Position numbers and translations under genes: made by a program
NCBI GenBank assembly: GCA_020343615.1
Contig: CP070803.1
Location: forward strand, 143,686-207,685
DNA: 64,000 nt
Source of the DNA: Candidatus Woesearchaeota archaeon
GTDB taxonomy: Archaea > Nanobdellota > Nanobdellia > UBA10117 > GCA-020343615
Direction of reading: 5' to 3'
The notes under the pieces: model-generated
What the model was told of the DNA's origin: nothing
Databases searched by the model: none
The model's input: the letters and a program-made list of their open reading frames with translations, nothing else
Part shown: piece after piece, positions 41,289 through 51,944 of the stretch
Numbering within the stretch: the first letter of the stretch is position 1
How the letters are laid out: each line of letters opens with the position of its first letter

Positions 41289-42538
41289 GTAAAATAAAGA
41301 ATTCTTCATTAGCTGAAAAGGGAAGACTAAAGATAGACTGGGCTGAATCAAGAATGCCTGTTATGATAACTCTAAGAGAAAAATACTCAAAAACTAAACC
41401 TCTTAGCGGACAGAGAATAGCTGGCTGTCTTCATGTTACAAAGGAAACTGCAGTTTTGGTTAAAACTTTAGTTGCTGCTGGTGCTAAAGTTTATTGGAGT
41501 GGTTGTAACCCTCTGAGTACTCAGGATGACGTTGCTGCAGCTCTTGCAGAAGAAGAAGGTGTAGAAATATATGCTTGGCATGGGCAAAATACAGAAGAAT
41601 TCTACTGGTCAATAGAACAAACAATTAAAGCTAAACCTACTTTAACTTTAGACGACGGCGCTGATCTAATATTTACTTTACATAGCAAGCATCCAGAGCT
41701 GGCTAAAGAAGTTCTTGGTGGAACTGAAGAAACAACTACAGGAGTGCACAGATTACGAGCCATGGGTAAGGACGGAAAATTAAAGTATCCTATTATCGCT
41801 GTAAATGATGCTGAGACTAAGTGGGATTTTGATAATGTTTACGGTACTGGACAAAGTTCTATTGATGGAATACTAAGAGCCACTTCTGTACTATTAGCTG
41901 GAAAGAATTTTGTTGTTGCAGGCTACGGACATTGTGGTAGAGGAACTGCTATGCGAGCAAAAGGTATGGGTGCTAATGTAGTAATTACAGAGGTGAATCC
42001 CATTCATGCCTTAAAGGCGACCTTGGAGGGATTTAGAGTTATGAAAATGGATGAGGCTGCTAGGATTGGGGATATATTCATAACAGCAACTGGTATGAAG
42101 GATATTATTGTTAGTAGACACTTTAAGTCAATGAAGGACGGGGCTATTGTTTGTAATACTGGGCATTATGATTGTGAAATCAAGATAGGTGATCTTGAAA
42201 ATTTAAAGGAAGGTAAAAGAGAAATAAGAGCTGACAATGAAGAATACACTCTAAAAGATGGAAAAAGGATATATCTTCTTGCTAAGGGACGATTGATAAA
42301 CCTAGCATCTGCTGAAGGTCATCCTTCAGAAGTCATGGATATGAGCTTTGCTAATCAATTTTTATCCATGATTAGACTTTCAAAGGAAGGTAAAAACATG
42401 GATAATAATGTATACGATGTATCTGAGGAGCAGGATGCTGAAATAGCTAAAATAAAATTAAAAACGCAGGACATTGATATTGATAAGCTAACTAAAGATC
42501 AAAAGAAATACATTAATGATTATTCAGCAGGGACTTAA
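41285..42538 (+). CDS. ahcY: S-adenosylhomocysteine hydrolase
   Basis: GCLHVT, NPLSTQD, EETTTG, FDNVYGTG, GHPSEVMDMSF. Confidence 0.97.
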   Translation: MSKIKNSSLAEKGRLKIDWAESRMPVMITLREKYSKTKPLSGQRIAGCLHVTKETAVLVKTLVAAGAKVYWSGCNPLSTQDDVAAALAEEEGVEIYAWHGQNTEEFYWSIEQTIKAKPTLTLDDGADLIFTLHSKHPELAKEVLGGTEETTTGVHRLRAMGKDGKLKYPIIAVNDAETKWDFDNVYGTGQSSIDGILRATSVLLAGKNFVVAGYGHCGRGTAMRAKGMGANVVITEVNPIHALKATLEGFRVMKMDEAARIGDIFITATGMKDIIVSRHFKSMKDGAIVCNTGHYDCEIKIGDLENLKEGKREIRADNEEYTLKDGKRIYLLAKGRLINLASAEGHPSEVMDMSFANQFLSMIRLSKEGKNMDNNVYDVSEEQDAEIAKIKLKTQDIDIDKLTKDQKKYINDYSAGT

Positions 42539-43390
42539 ATGGAACTTTGGTTAATACTTGCAATCTTAGCTTTTACTTCGTATGCTACTTCTATTTCAAT
42601 TGATAAATACTTAATGAGTCACAAATACGGAATACTTAGAACTAATACTCTAAAAATGTTCTTTGATGGAGCCATACTATTAATAATTGGTCTGTTATTT
42701 TTTGATTTGAATTTTAGTTCTAATGTGCTTTTTTGGTCCATACCTTTAGGGATTATATACAGTCTTGCTGGTATCGTTTATTTTACTGCTCTAAAATTAA
42801 AAGATGTAGAACAAGTAATTCCTACTTGGCAATCTTTAGGTATATTATTGCTCTTTATTTTTTCTATTATTATATTCAATGAATTCGTTACCTTGTTTAA
42901 TTACTTAGGTGTTGCGTTAATACTTGTAGGTGTTTATATGATATTATCTAAAACTGGATTTCAAATGCCTGTCTTGGATAAAGGATTTTGTATTATCCTA
43001 GCTGTTGTTTTTCTTGATGTTACTTACGCATTATTAGTAAAGTATTTAGTATCTAGTATATCTCCAATAACTCTAGCAATAATGATGTATTTTGTTGCTA
43101 CATTAGTTTTAGTTGTTTATAACTTCTCTTTCAATAAAAAGGTAAAGATTATAGATTCTACATCAAAGACTCTAAAGATTCTTGTTGCTGCCTTTTTTGG
43201 AGCTATGGGAACCTTATTAATTTATTCTGCTTTATCTATAGGAAATGCTTCTAAAATCTATCCAATCTCTGGATTACAGTGTGTATTTATATTTATTATA
43301 GCATCAATATTCTTAAAGGAAAAATTCTATTTGCATAGGTTAGCAGGAACAATAGCAGTTGTTTTCGGTATTTTCCTTGTTTCAATCTAA
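42539..43390 (+). CDS. EamA/DMT family transporter
   Basis: Ten TM helices in two repeats, FLKEK motif. Confidence 0.88.
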   Translation: MELWLILAILAFTSYATSISIDKYLMSHKYGILRTNTLKMFFDGAILLIIGLLFFDLNFSSNVLFWSIPLGIIYSLAGIVYFTALKLKDVEQVIPTWQSLGILLLFIFSIIIFNEFVTLFNYLGVALILVGVYMILSKTGFQMPVLDKGFCIILAVVFLDVTYALLVKYLVSSISPITLAIMMYFVATLVLVVYNFSFNKKVKIIDSTSKTLKILVAAFFGAMGTLLIYSALSIGNASKIYPISGLQCVFIFIIASIFLKEKFYLHRLAGTIAVVFGIFLVSI

Positions 43391-44497
43391 TTATTTATTA
43401 TATAACTTTCTTATTGCTCTTTCATTAGGTTTACAAACTCCTTTATCTGTTATTAAACCTGTTATAAGATAAGGCGGAGTTACGTCAAAAGCATAATTTG
43501 CAGCTTTAGCATTTTTTGGAGTTAAAAGAACTTTGGTGTATTTTCCTACTGATTCGTCCCATCCTCTTGCGTATTTGACTTCTTCACCGCCTCTTTCTTC
43601 AATAATTATTTCTTTAGGTGTTCTTCTTTTCCAATCAAATGTTGAAGAAGGTAATGCTACATAAAACGGAACATTGTTATCTTTTGCTGCTAGTGCTTTT
43701 AAGTATGTACCAATCTTATTAGCAACATAACCTGTGTATAGTGTTCTATCTGTACCTACAATAACTATATCTACTAATTCTTTTTGCATTAAGTGTCCGC
43801 CAGTATTATCTGCAACAAGAGTATACGAAATATTATTATGTTCGAATTCCCATGCTGTTAATCTAGCTCCTTGATTCCTGGGTCCAGTTACATCTACATA
43901 AACGTGTACTGCAATTCCTGCTTCCTGAGCAGCATAGATTGGTGCTGTAGCAGAACCATAATCAACAAAAGCAAGCCATCCAGCATTGCAATGTGTAAGA
44001 ATATTAACCAGTTTTCCCTTTTTTTCCTCACTTATTTTTTTAATTATATCTAATCCATGTTGACCAATGCTTTTACAAAATTCTGCATCTTCATCAGCAA
44101 TAGCGGTAGCCTCTTTAAATGCCTCTTCCTGTGCTTCTTTTAAAGAAACTCGCTTAAGGGATTCAAGCATTCTATCCACAGCCCATTTAAGATTAACTGC
44201 TGTTGGTCTTGTTGCAATTAATTGTTGTGCAGCATTGTTTAAATATTCAGTAAATTCTCCAGGATTGGTTTTTGGTGCTTTCAAAACAGCTATATACATA
44301 GCATACCCTGCTGTTGCTCCAATTAAGCCTGCACCTCTAACGTGCATATCTTTAATAGCAGTTGCAAAATCATCAACAGTTTTAAGATCTTCAATTATAA
44401 TTTTATGTGGTAACCATCTTTGATCTATTATTTTTATAATTTCATTGTTATCTGGATCCGGCCAAATAGTCCTACAGGTCTTTCCATTTACTATCAT
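43391..44497 (-). CDS. mtnA: Methylthioribose-1-phosphate isomerase
   Basis: IDQRWLP, MHVRGA, TRPTAVNL, LTHCNAG, NQGARLT, NKIGTY, FDVTP. Confidence 0.92.
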   Translation of the reverse strand: MIVNGKTCRTIWPDPDNNEIIKIIDQRWLPHKIIIEDLKTVDDFATAIKDMHVRGAGLIGATAGYAMYIAVLKAPKTNPGEFTEYLNNAAQQLIATRPTAVNLKWAVDRMLESLKRVSLKEAQEEAFKEATAIADEDAEFCKSIGQHGLDIIKKISEEKKGKLVNILTHCNAGWLAFVDYGSATAPIYAAQEAGIAVHVYVDVTGPRNQGARLTAWEFEHNNISYTLVADNTGGHLMQKELVDIVIVGTDRTLYTGYVANKIGTYLKALAAKDNNVPFYVALPSSTFDWKRRTPKEIIIEERGGEEVKYARGWDESVGKYTKVLLTPKNAKAANYAFDVTPPYLITGLITDKGVCKPNERAIRKLYNK

Positions 44498-44594
44498 CTT
44501 GGTTCTTCTAAAATGGTAAAAAGTTAAAAAAGTTTGTATGCTGGCCACGTATCGAACGGAAAAGCTTATAGAGATTTCATTTTCAATAAATAAT

Positions 44595-45164
44595 ATGGCA
44601 AAACGATTCCATCATTTCAAAGGTAATGAATTATCCCGTTCTGAGAAGATTGAAAGAAAAGTAATCCAGATGCTTTTAGATAGCAATCTTCCAGACTCTA
44701 AAAGAGATAGTTCTATTATATGGGAAATAAAACACATTAGTGGTTGTATATCTCTTGGTAGGATACTTGCCTTAAAGCGTAATTTGGACCTTGAAATTTG
44801 TGACATAATCTCGTCTTTACATGACTCTTCCTTAATCGTAAGTGGGTCTTACAAAGAACACGCTAAGAAGAGCGCGGATGTTGCAAAGAAAATCCTGCAA
44901 GAATCTGGAGAGTTCACCAATAAAGAAATCCAATTAATTATAACAGCAATAGCTAATCATAGCGCAAAGAACCAAATAGACGATCCTTACTCTGAATTCA
45001 TTAAAGATGTAGATGTACTTGATTGTTCATTATACCAGAATTCATTAGATGAATATACTTTAACGAAGTCACCAGATATGCTTAAGGCTTATGAGAATCG
45101 TCTTAAAAATGTAAGGAAAGAGTTAGGTTTACCAGTTGATAATCCATGGAGAGGATCAGAGTAG
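44595..45164 (+). CDS. HD-domain protein
   Basis: KH..LHD..HAKKSA..IANHS..KDVDVLD. Confidence 0.85.
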   Translation: MAKRFHHFKGNELSRSEKIERKVIQMLLDSNLPDSKRDSSIIWEIKHISGCISLGRILALKRNLDLEICDIISSLHDSSLIVSGSYKEHAKKSADVAKKILQESGEFTNKEIQLIITAIANHSAKNQIDDPYSEFIKDVDVLDCSLYQNSLDEYTLTKSPDMLKAYENRLKNVRKELGLPVDNPWRGSE

Positions 45165-46523
45165 TTATTTTAATTTTTTAATAATGCCTTTATCTGCATC
45201 TACACTAATTAAATCGCCATTCTTTAACACTTTAGTAGCTTTTTCAGTGCCAACTACGCAAGGGATATTCATCTCTCTCGCAACTATGGCTGCATGGCTT
45301 AAGGCTCCACCTTCGTCTGTAACTATTGCAGCAGCCTTTTGCATGGCAATCACATAATCTGGATGAGTTATAACTGCTACTAGTATATCTCCGTTATTCA
45401 CTTTAGAAATATCATGAATGGTTCTAACAATCTTAACAGGTCCTGTTGCTTGGCCCTTACAACCGATTGTACCTTTTAATTCAACAGGTAACTCTTCAGT
45501 TTCTATACCTATCCTCTTGAGATCTGCGTCAACATTACCTTCCTTACATATTATCTCACTATTTTTAGAGTATAGTAAAAATCCTTTACGACGCTCTGCT
45601 ATTTTTGACTTTGGTATTATTTTACTGTCTAAAAATTCAATTATTTCATTTTCAGTTAAATAAGCAACTTCTTTCAGAGTTACGTCTGCACGCTTACCAA
45701 TTTCCTTAAATAGCTCCTGAGCATAGAATATTGCTTGTCTTCGATAGTCATCACGTGCGTCCCGTATATATGCTAACTCGCGGATCATATCAAACATATC
45801 TCGTTTAGCCTCTAATCCTGCGCTAGCTAGTGCTTTGTCAAAAGGTAGATATGTTAGTTCTACTTGTTTGGCACTACGTACAATCTCTTCTACATCCTTT
45901 AAGTTCCATGGTTCCTTGTGGATATCTAAACAAGGTAGCCATTTATATTCATCCCATAACTTTGTTACTGCTTCTTTATTTTTATAGTCAGTATTAGCAG
46001 CTTTTTCATTTAAAGTGATTACAGAGTTTTTCTTTATTGGTCGGAATAATGCTGCCCGTACCTTATCATCGATACCATCTACAAGTTTGTCTGCTTCCTT
46101 AAACCAATAGCCTGCAAGTACAAATGCTACAAAAGCACCAATACAAGAGTATTCAACAGCTATCTGTTGATATTGTGCATATCTCTCCTTAAGCTCCGAA
46201 TTACTAAGATTAGGCAGATCTAACTTAGAGAGGTTCTTAGCGTAATCTAAATATCTTGTTCCGAATTTATTGAATAGCTCTACGAATTCATCAAATTTTT
46301 TCTTGCTGCTTGTAAATTCATCAACACATGCAGAAATAAACTGATGCATGGCACTTTCTTCCATATAGCATACTTCGTTCATATTTTCAGGAACAAATAT
46401 AATATGCTGCTCAAAATTATATGGAAAAACGTTCTTTACTCGCGATCCGAGTGTCCTAATGGCTATTTCACAGTACTGTACGCTATATTCCCTTGCAAAC
46501 CAGCGAACCCACGTTTTAACCAT
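45165..46523 (-). CDS. Protein with C-terminal PEP-utilising phosphohistidine (swivel) domain
   Basis: TGPVKIV..GDILV..THPDY..TDEGGALSHAAIVAREMNIPCVVG. Confidence 0.88.
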   Translation of the reverse strand: MVKTWVRWFAREYSVQYCEIAIRTLGSRVKNVFPYNFEQHIIFVPENMNEVCYMEESAMHQFISACVDEFTSSKKKFDEFVELFNKFGTRYLDYAKNLSKLDLPNLSNSELKERYAQYQQIAVEYSCIGAFVAFVLAGYWFKEADKLVDGIDDKVRAALFRPIKKNSVITLNEKAANTDYKNKEAVTKLWDEYKWLPCLDIHKEPWNLKDVEEIVRSAKQVELTYLPFDKALASAGLEAKRDMFDMIRELAYIRDARDDYRRQAIFYAQELFKEIGKRADVTLKEVAYLTENEIIEFLDSKIIPKSKIAERRKGFLLYSKNSEIICKEGNVDADLKRIGIETEELPVELKGTIGCKGQATGPVKIVRTIHDISKVNNGDILVAVITHPDYVIAMQKAAAIVTDEGGALSHAAIVAREMNIPCVVGTEKATKVLKNGDLISVDADKGIIKKLK

Positions 46524-46534
46524 TGTAAGACGAA

Positions 46535-46605
46535 TGCGGCTGCCGGGACTCGAACCCGGGTTACAAGCTTGGCAAGCTTGTGTCCTACCATTAGACTACA
46601 ACCGC
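46535..46605 (-). tRNA. tRNA-Gly(GCC)
   Basis: GCGGTTG/CAGCCGC, CAAGC-TTGCCAA-GCTTG. Confidence 0.96.
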
Positions 46606-46695
46606 ATAAATTTTGATTTAAAAAATCACCTTATAAAGTTTTTCAATAAAAAAATAAGAAAAAGGGGGATAAGCACCTCCACCAAAAACGTTAAA

Positions 46696-46971
46696 CTAAA
46701 GGTGTTTTATACCTTTTTTCTTTACATTGGATTGCCAAATTGATCCAGGCATCCATCTTGGTCTATTACTTGGAGCGGACACTTTCTTTCTGGATCCTAC
46801 GTATATGTGTAGTTTCTTGGTTCCTCGTTCTCTTAGAATGATGTTTGTAAATCCTCTTGTTGCTGCCTTTAATGCAGCTGCTCTTGGTTGTTTTCCTGTA
46901 AATACGTGGTTTGTGTCTTTACCGTTCTTTTGAAATACAAAATATCTTTTATCTCCTTTCTTTTTTGCCAT
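46696..46971 (-). CDS. Non-histone chromosomal protein MC1
   Basis: RYFV..VFTGKQPRAAALKAA.RG..LRERGTKK.H..AP.NRP.WMP. Confidence 0.92.
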   Translation of the reverse strand: MAKKKGDKRYFVFQKNGKDTNHVFTGKQPRAAALKAATRGFTNIILRERGTKKLHIYVGSRKKVSAPSNRPRWMPGSIWQSNVKKKGIKHL

Positions 46972-47051
46972 GGCATTCACCACGTGTCAAATAATCGCAC
47001 ACTGTCTTTATAAAAATTTCTATTTTGTAGAGTAGTATATTGAATTTTAAA

Positions 47052-47126
47052 TGGGGCCGGAGAGATTCGAACTCCCGTCGCCGGCTCCCAAAGCCGGAAG
47101 GATAAACCAAGCTACCCTACGGCCCC
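47052..47126 (-). tRNA. tRNA-Pro(UGG)
   Basis: GGGGCCG/CGGCCCC, CCGGC-TTTGGGA-GCCGG. Confidence 0.96.
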
Positions 47127-47225
47127 AAATAAAGTTCTATACCGATAGCTTTAAAAACCTTTCACTGTAACCACCTGCGTCTAATTACTTAATTATTTAA
47201 ACATCCTTTAGTATTTTTATATGGA

Positions 47226-47480
47226 ATGGTTAAACATAATCTAAAGCATTATGAGTTAATGGGTCTTTTTCTATTATTTGTAGGAGCTACGTGGTTAGGC
47301 ATTGGTATATACGCTACTATTCTAGCGGCTAATAATGCCCTGTTCTGTCCGGTATTTGTCGGACAGGAGTTACTAATATTTCCATTGTTTTATGGTTTTG
47401 GTGCTGTTTTAATAGCACTTGGTAGAATTGAGTTAAAGGGGGTTTTACCTGGGAAAGGTAGGAGGCAAAATGGCAAATAA
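47226..47480 (+). CDS. Small two-TM membrane protein
   Basis: 84 aa hydrophobic ORF. Confidence 0.7.
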   Translation: MVKHNLKHYELMGLFLLFVGATWLGIGIYATILAANNALFCPVFVGQELLIFPLFYGFGAVLIALGRIELKGVLPGKGRRQNGK

Positions 47481-47625
47481 ATCAAAAGCTGATTTAATGA
47501 AGAAATTGAGAAAACAGCTAGCAGAAGAAAGAGAAGCTGAAATAGAATATGGTTTAAAAGAGCTTATACAGGGATTAATTTTAGGTTTTATTATCGGCTT
47601 TATAGTTGCTATGCAATTAGTATAA
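47470..47625 (+). CDS. Small single-TM protein; absent from the ORF track
   Basis: MANKSKADLMKKLRKQLAEEREAEIEYGLKELIQGLILGFIIGFIVAMQLV, 51 aa, GGAGG SD. Confidence 0.65.
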   Translation: MANKSKADLMKKLRKQLAEEREAEIEYGLKELIQGLILGFIIGFIVAMQLV

Positions 47626-47683
47626 TTTTATCTTTTTTTAATTAGAAAGAGTTATAAAATAACTAGATTTATCTATTTTTGTT

Positions 47684-47758
47684 GGGCCCGTAGCTCAGTC
47701 TGGCCAGAGCACTTGGCTCTTAACCAAGGAGTCGCGGGTTCGAATCCCGTCGGGCCCA
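47684..47758 (+). tRNA. tRNA-Lys(CUU)
   Basis: GGGCCCG/CGGGCCC, CTTGG-CTCTTAA-CCAAG. Confidence 0.96.
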
Positions 47759-47762
47759 CTCC

Positions 47763-47834
47763 GGGCCGGTAGATCAGCGGTAGATCGCCACCTTGGCATG
47801 GTGGAGGCCCTGGGTTCGATTCCCAGCCGGTCCA
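47763..47834 (+). tRNA. tRNA-Ala(GGC)
   Basis: G3:U70 pair, CCACC-TTGGCAT-GGTGG; 4 nt after tRNA-Lys. Confidence 0.96.
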
Positions 47835-47850
47835 CTTATAATTCTAGAAA

Positions 47851-49235
<1,385 letters not shown>

Positions 49236-49281
49236 TTAAACTTAAAAACATTTATTTCATTTAAAATATAGAATAAAAGAA

Positions 49282-50277
49282 ATGAAAGCCCTAGCTTTAT
49301 TTTCAGGAGGTTTGGACTCTATTCTAGCGATTAAACTATTACAAGAACAAGGTGTTGGGGTAATAGCTTATCACTTTACTTCTCCAGTTTTAACTGAGGA
49401 TCTTAAAGACATTAAAAAAACAGCTAAGGAATTAGGAGTTAAGCTAATTATTGAAGAAGCTGACTCAGATTACTTCAGAATGTTAAGAAAGCCTAAACAT
49501 GGCTACGGAAGTGCTATTAACCCTTGTATTGACTGTAGGATATTTGTATTTAAAAAAGCAAAGAAGGTAGCTAAAAAAGAAGGTGCTAAATTCATTGCTA
49601 CAGGAGAAGTTCTTGGAGAAAGGCCCATGACACAGGTTAAACGGTCTTTAGAGCTGATTGAAGAGGAAGCTGGCTTAAAAAACAAGCTATTAAGGCCCTT
49701 ATCTGCGAAATTGCTTCTAGAAACTGAAGCTGAGAGTAAGAAGTGGGTCAATAGAAAAGGATTTTTAGATATAGAAGGTAGAAATAGAAAAAAGCAGTTA
49801 GAATTAGCCAAAAAATACAAATTAAAGGACTATCCTACGCCTGCTGGTGGCTGTTTACTAACTGATAAAGATTTTGCACCTCGAGTAGCTGATTTATTTA
49901 AGAATAATAAAAGAATTACTAATAAGGATTTTCTTTTGATAAAATTCGGGAGACATTTTAGGTATAAAAACAGTAAAATCATTGTAGGTCGTGATGAAAA
50001 AGATAATGAACAATTAATAAATCTTAAGAATAAAACAGACTTTATCCTTGAAGTCTCTAATTATGGGAGCCCAATAACTATTTTACAGGGAAAAGATATA
50101 GAATTCGCAGCTAAATTAACCGCAAGATATTCTGATGCTAAAGGAAAGAAAATAGAGGTTAAATACGGAAAACAGAAACCTATTAAAAGCTTATTTGTCT
50201 CTCCTGCAACACAAGAACAGGTAGATAAATACATGATACGCCGAGATAGCTCAGTTGGTAGAGCGCCAGTCTCATAA
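49282..50277 (+). CDS. PP-loop tRNA thiolation enzyme (ThiI/MnmA-like, DUF814-type)
   Basis: SGGLDS, NPCIDCR, TGEVLGERP, PAGGCLLTD, GRHFR; last codons lie inside tRNA-Met. Confidence 0.85.
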   Translation: MKALALFSGGLDSILAIKLLQEQGVGVIAYHFTSPVLTEDLKDIKKTAKELGVKLIIEEADSDYFRMLRKPKHGYGSAINPCIDCRIFVFKKAKKVAKKEGAKFIATGEVLGERPMTQVKRSLELIEEEAGLKNKLLRPLSAKLLLETEAESKKWVNRKGFLDIEGRNRKKQLELAKKYKLKDYPTPAGGCLLTDKDFAPRVADLFKNNKRITNKDFLLIKFGRHFRYKNSKIIVGRDEKDNEQLINLKNKTDFILEVSNYGSPITILQGKDIEFAAKLTARYSDAKGKKIEVKYGKQKPIKSLFVSPATQEQVDKYMIRRDSSVGRAPVS

Positions 50278-50312
50278 GCTGGATGTCGCGGGTTCAAATC
50301 CCGCTCTCGGCA
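50240..50312 (+). tRNA. tRNA-Met(CAU), probably elongator
   Basis: GCCGAGA/TCTCGGC, CCAGT-CTCATAA-GCTGG; lacks initiator A1:U72 and GGG/CCC features. Confidence 0.9.
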
Positions 50313-50319
50313 TTTTAAG

Positions 50320-50655
50320 ATGATAGTTAAGAAAAATTCAAGAATCGAGCATGAAAATAGTAAAAAGTGTATTGCTTATGAGTATCCTATGGGTGACAAA
50401 GATATCAATGTTGCTTTGATAAAAATAAATGGGAGATATCCTAATGAAGGTGAAGTTACAAACGAGGTTGTTAAAGAATTAAGTTTTGTTGCAAAAGGTT
50501 TTGGTAAAGTTGTTATTGATAAAAAAGAGTATACTTTAGAAGAGGGGGACGCTATATTAATTTTACCTAAACAAAAATACTTCTTTGAAGGAGACCTGGA
50601 ACTTGTTATTTCCTGTAACCCTGCTTGGTATCCTGAACAACACAAACAAGTTTAG
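50320..50655 (+). CDS. Cupin domain protein
   Basis: ELSFVAKGFGKVVI..LEEGDAILILP..Y; PAWYPEQ. Confidence 0.82.
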   Translation: MIVKKNSRIEHENSKKCIAYEYPMGDKDINVALIKINGRYPNEGEVTNEVVKELSFVAKGFGKVVIDKKEYTLEEGDAILILPKQKYFFEGDLELVISCNPAWYPEQHKQV

Positions 50656-50690
50656 AAATTATTTTAACTAATCACTACATTATAACAATC

Positions 50691-51878
50691 ATGCCTGAAA
50701 GTATTCTAAAGAAAGCTGGTGGATTTGTAAAAGACTCTGTTCTACTTTTAAGACCTTTACGTAAAAAAGAAAAATGGGATATTGGGAGATTGGATACATA
50801 TCTTTCTCCGGAAGAATATAGGAAAGTAAAGGGGGCATTAAAACAAGGTAAGGTTAAAATTGAACTATTAAAGTTGGGTTTTTCATTTTTAATCTCTGGA
50901 AAAGATGTTTTGCCTCGCTTAGTTTCTGAAGTTGAGTTTTTTCAAAAAATAAATAACAAGATAGAAAAAAAGTACTATGATAAATTATTTGAAGAATTTT
51001 CTCCACGAGCTTATGATGTTCTATTTCATTATTTGGCTTCAGATGTCATGTATCTCGCTGATCTAAAAAGAGCAGCAATACTTCAGTTATTCACAGAATT
51101 TCCTCTTCATGTTCTCATTATTGGTGAGTCAGATAGTGGAAAGTCTAAAATTCTGAATTCTGTCCGAACATTAGCGCCAAAATCAACTTATGGTATTGGA
51201 TCTTCAATATCTAGCAGCGGTCTAACACTATCTGTACAGGGGAAGAATGTGAAACCTGGTATTCTTCCTAGAGCTGATCAGGGTGTTTGCTGTATTTCTG
51301 AATTAAATCTAATTAAGAAGAATGAACTTTCGCAGCTTGTTTCTGTCATGGATAAAGGTTACATTAAATATGATAAAGGCGGTGCGAGTATTAAAAAAGA
51401 TGCTAGAACTAAAATACTAGCTACAGCTGAGACTAAAAAAGGTGATTTTAAATCATATTCTCTTTCACAGATAAAGAAACAGATACCGTTTAACTCTTCG
51501 TTTTTATCTAAATTTCATTTAATATTCATTACTAAAAAGCCTAGTAAAAATGAATTTAGAATTATTGCTGATACAATCATAGATGAGTCTGTTAAAAAGG
51601 ATATAAGTAAAGATGAAATTGAATTTATTAAACGATATATTGACTATAGTTCTGGAATTAGAGTAAAACTTCCTAAGAAATTAGCTAAACAAGTAGATGA
51701 ATTCGTTGTTGGTTTAAAAGATATGGAAAAAAAGTTACCTTATAACATTTCCTCTAAAACAGTTGAAGGGATTGTTTCCTTAATCAAGGCATCTGCAAGG
51801 TCTGAATTTAGAGGAGAAGTAGAAAATAAGGACTTAGAAAGAGTTTTTTCAATAGTCCGGAGCGCACTTCAAATATAA
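50691..51878 (+). CDS. Short MCM-family AAA+ protein with degenerate motifs
   Basis: HVLIIGESDSGKS, SSSGLT, PGILPRADQGVCCISEL, FLSKFHLIF, ASAR. Confidence 0.85.
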   Translation: MPESILKKAGGFVKDSVLLLRPLRKKEKWDIGRLDTYLSPEEYRKVKGALKQGKVKIELLKLGFSFLISGKDVLPRLVSEVEFFQKINNKIEKKYYDKLFEEFSPRAYDVLFHYLASDVMYLADLKRAAILQLFTEFPLHVLIIGESDSGKSKILNSVRTLAPKSTYGIGSSISSSGLTLSVQGKNVKPGILPRADQGVCCISELNLIKKNELSQLVSVMDKGYIKYDKGGASIKKDARTKILATAETKKGDFKSYSLSQIKKQIPFNSSFLSKFHLIFITKKPSKNEFRIIADTIIDESVKKDISKDEIEFIKRYIDYSSGIRVKLPKKLAKQVDEFVVGLKDMEKKLPYNISSKTVEGIVSLIKASARSEFRGEVENKDLERVFSIVRSALQI

Positions 51879-51890
51879 AAGTTTATAAAT
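51877..51890 (+). promoter_or_regulatory. BRE/TATA promoter of tRNA-Thr
   Basis: AAAAG-TTTATAAA starting 32 nt before tRNA G1. Confidence 0.7.
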
Positions 51891-51944
51891 GCAAAAAATA
51901 CATTAATTTTTAAGCCTCGGTAGCTCAGTCGGCAAGAGCGACGG

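Noticed and set aside
50240-50312. tRNA-Ile2(CAU) or initiator tRNA
   Set aside because: The GCC-starting acceptor fits archaeal elongator Met rather than the GGG of Ile or AGC of initiator; not fully excluded without isotype models.
51914-51944. Trans-spliced split tRNA halves as in Nanoarchaeum
   Set aside because: The pieces are colinear on one strand behind one promoter, so cis-splicing explains them.
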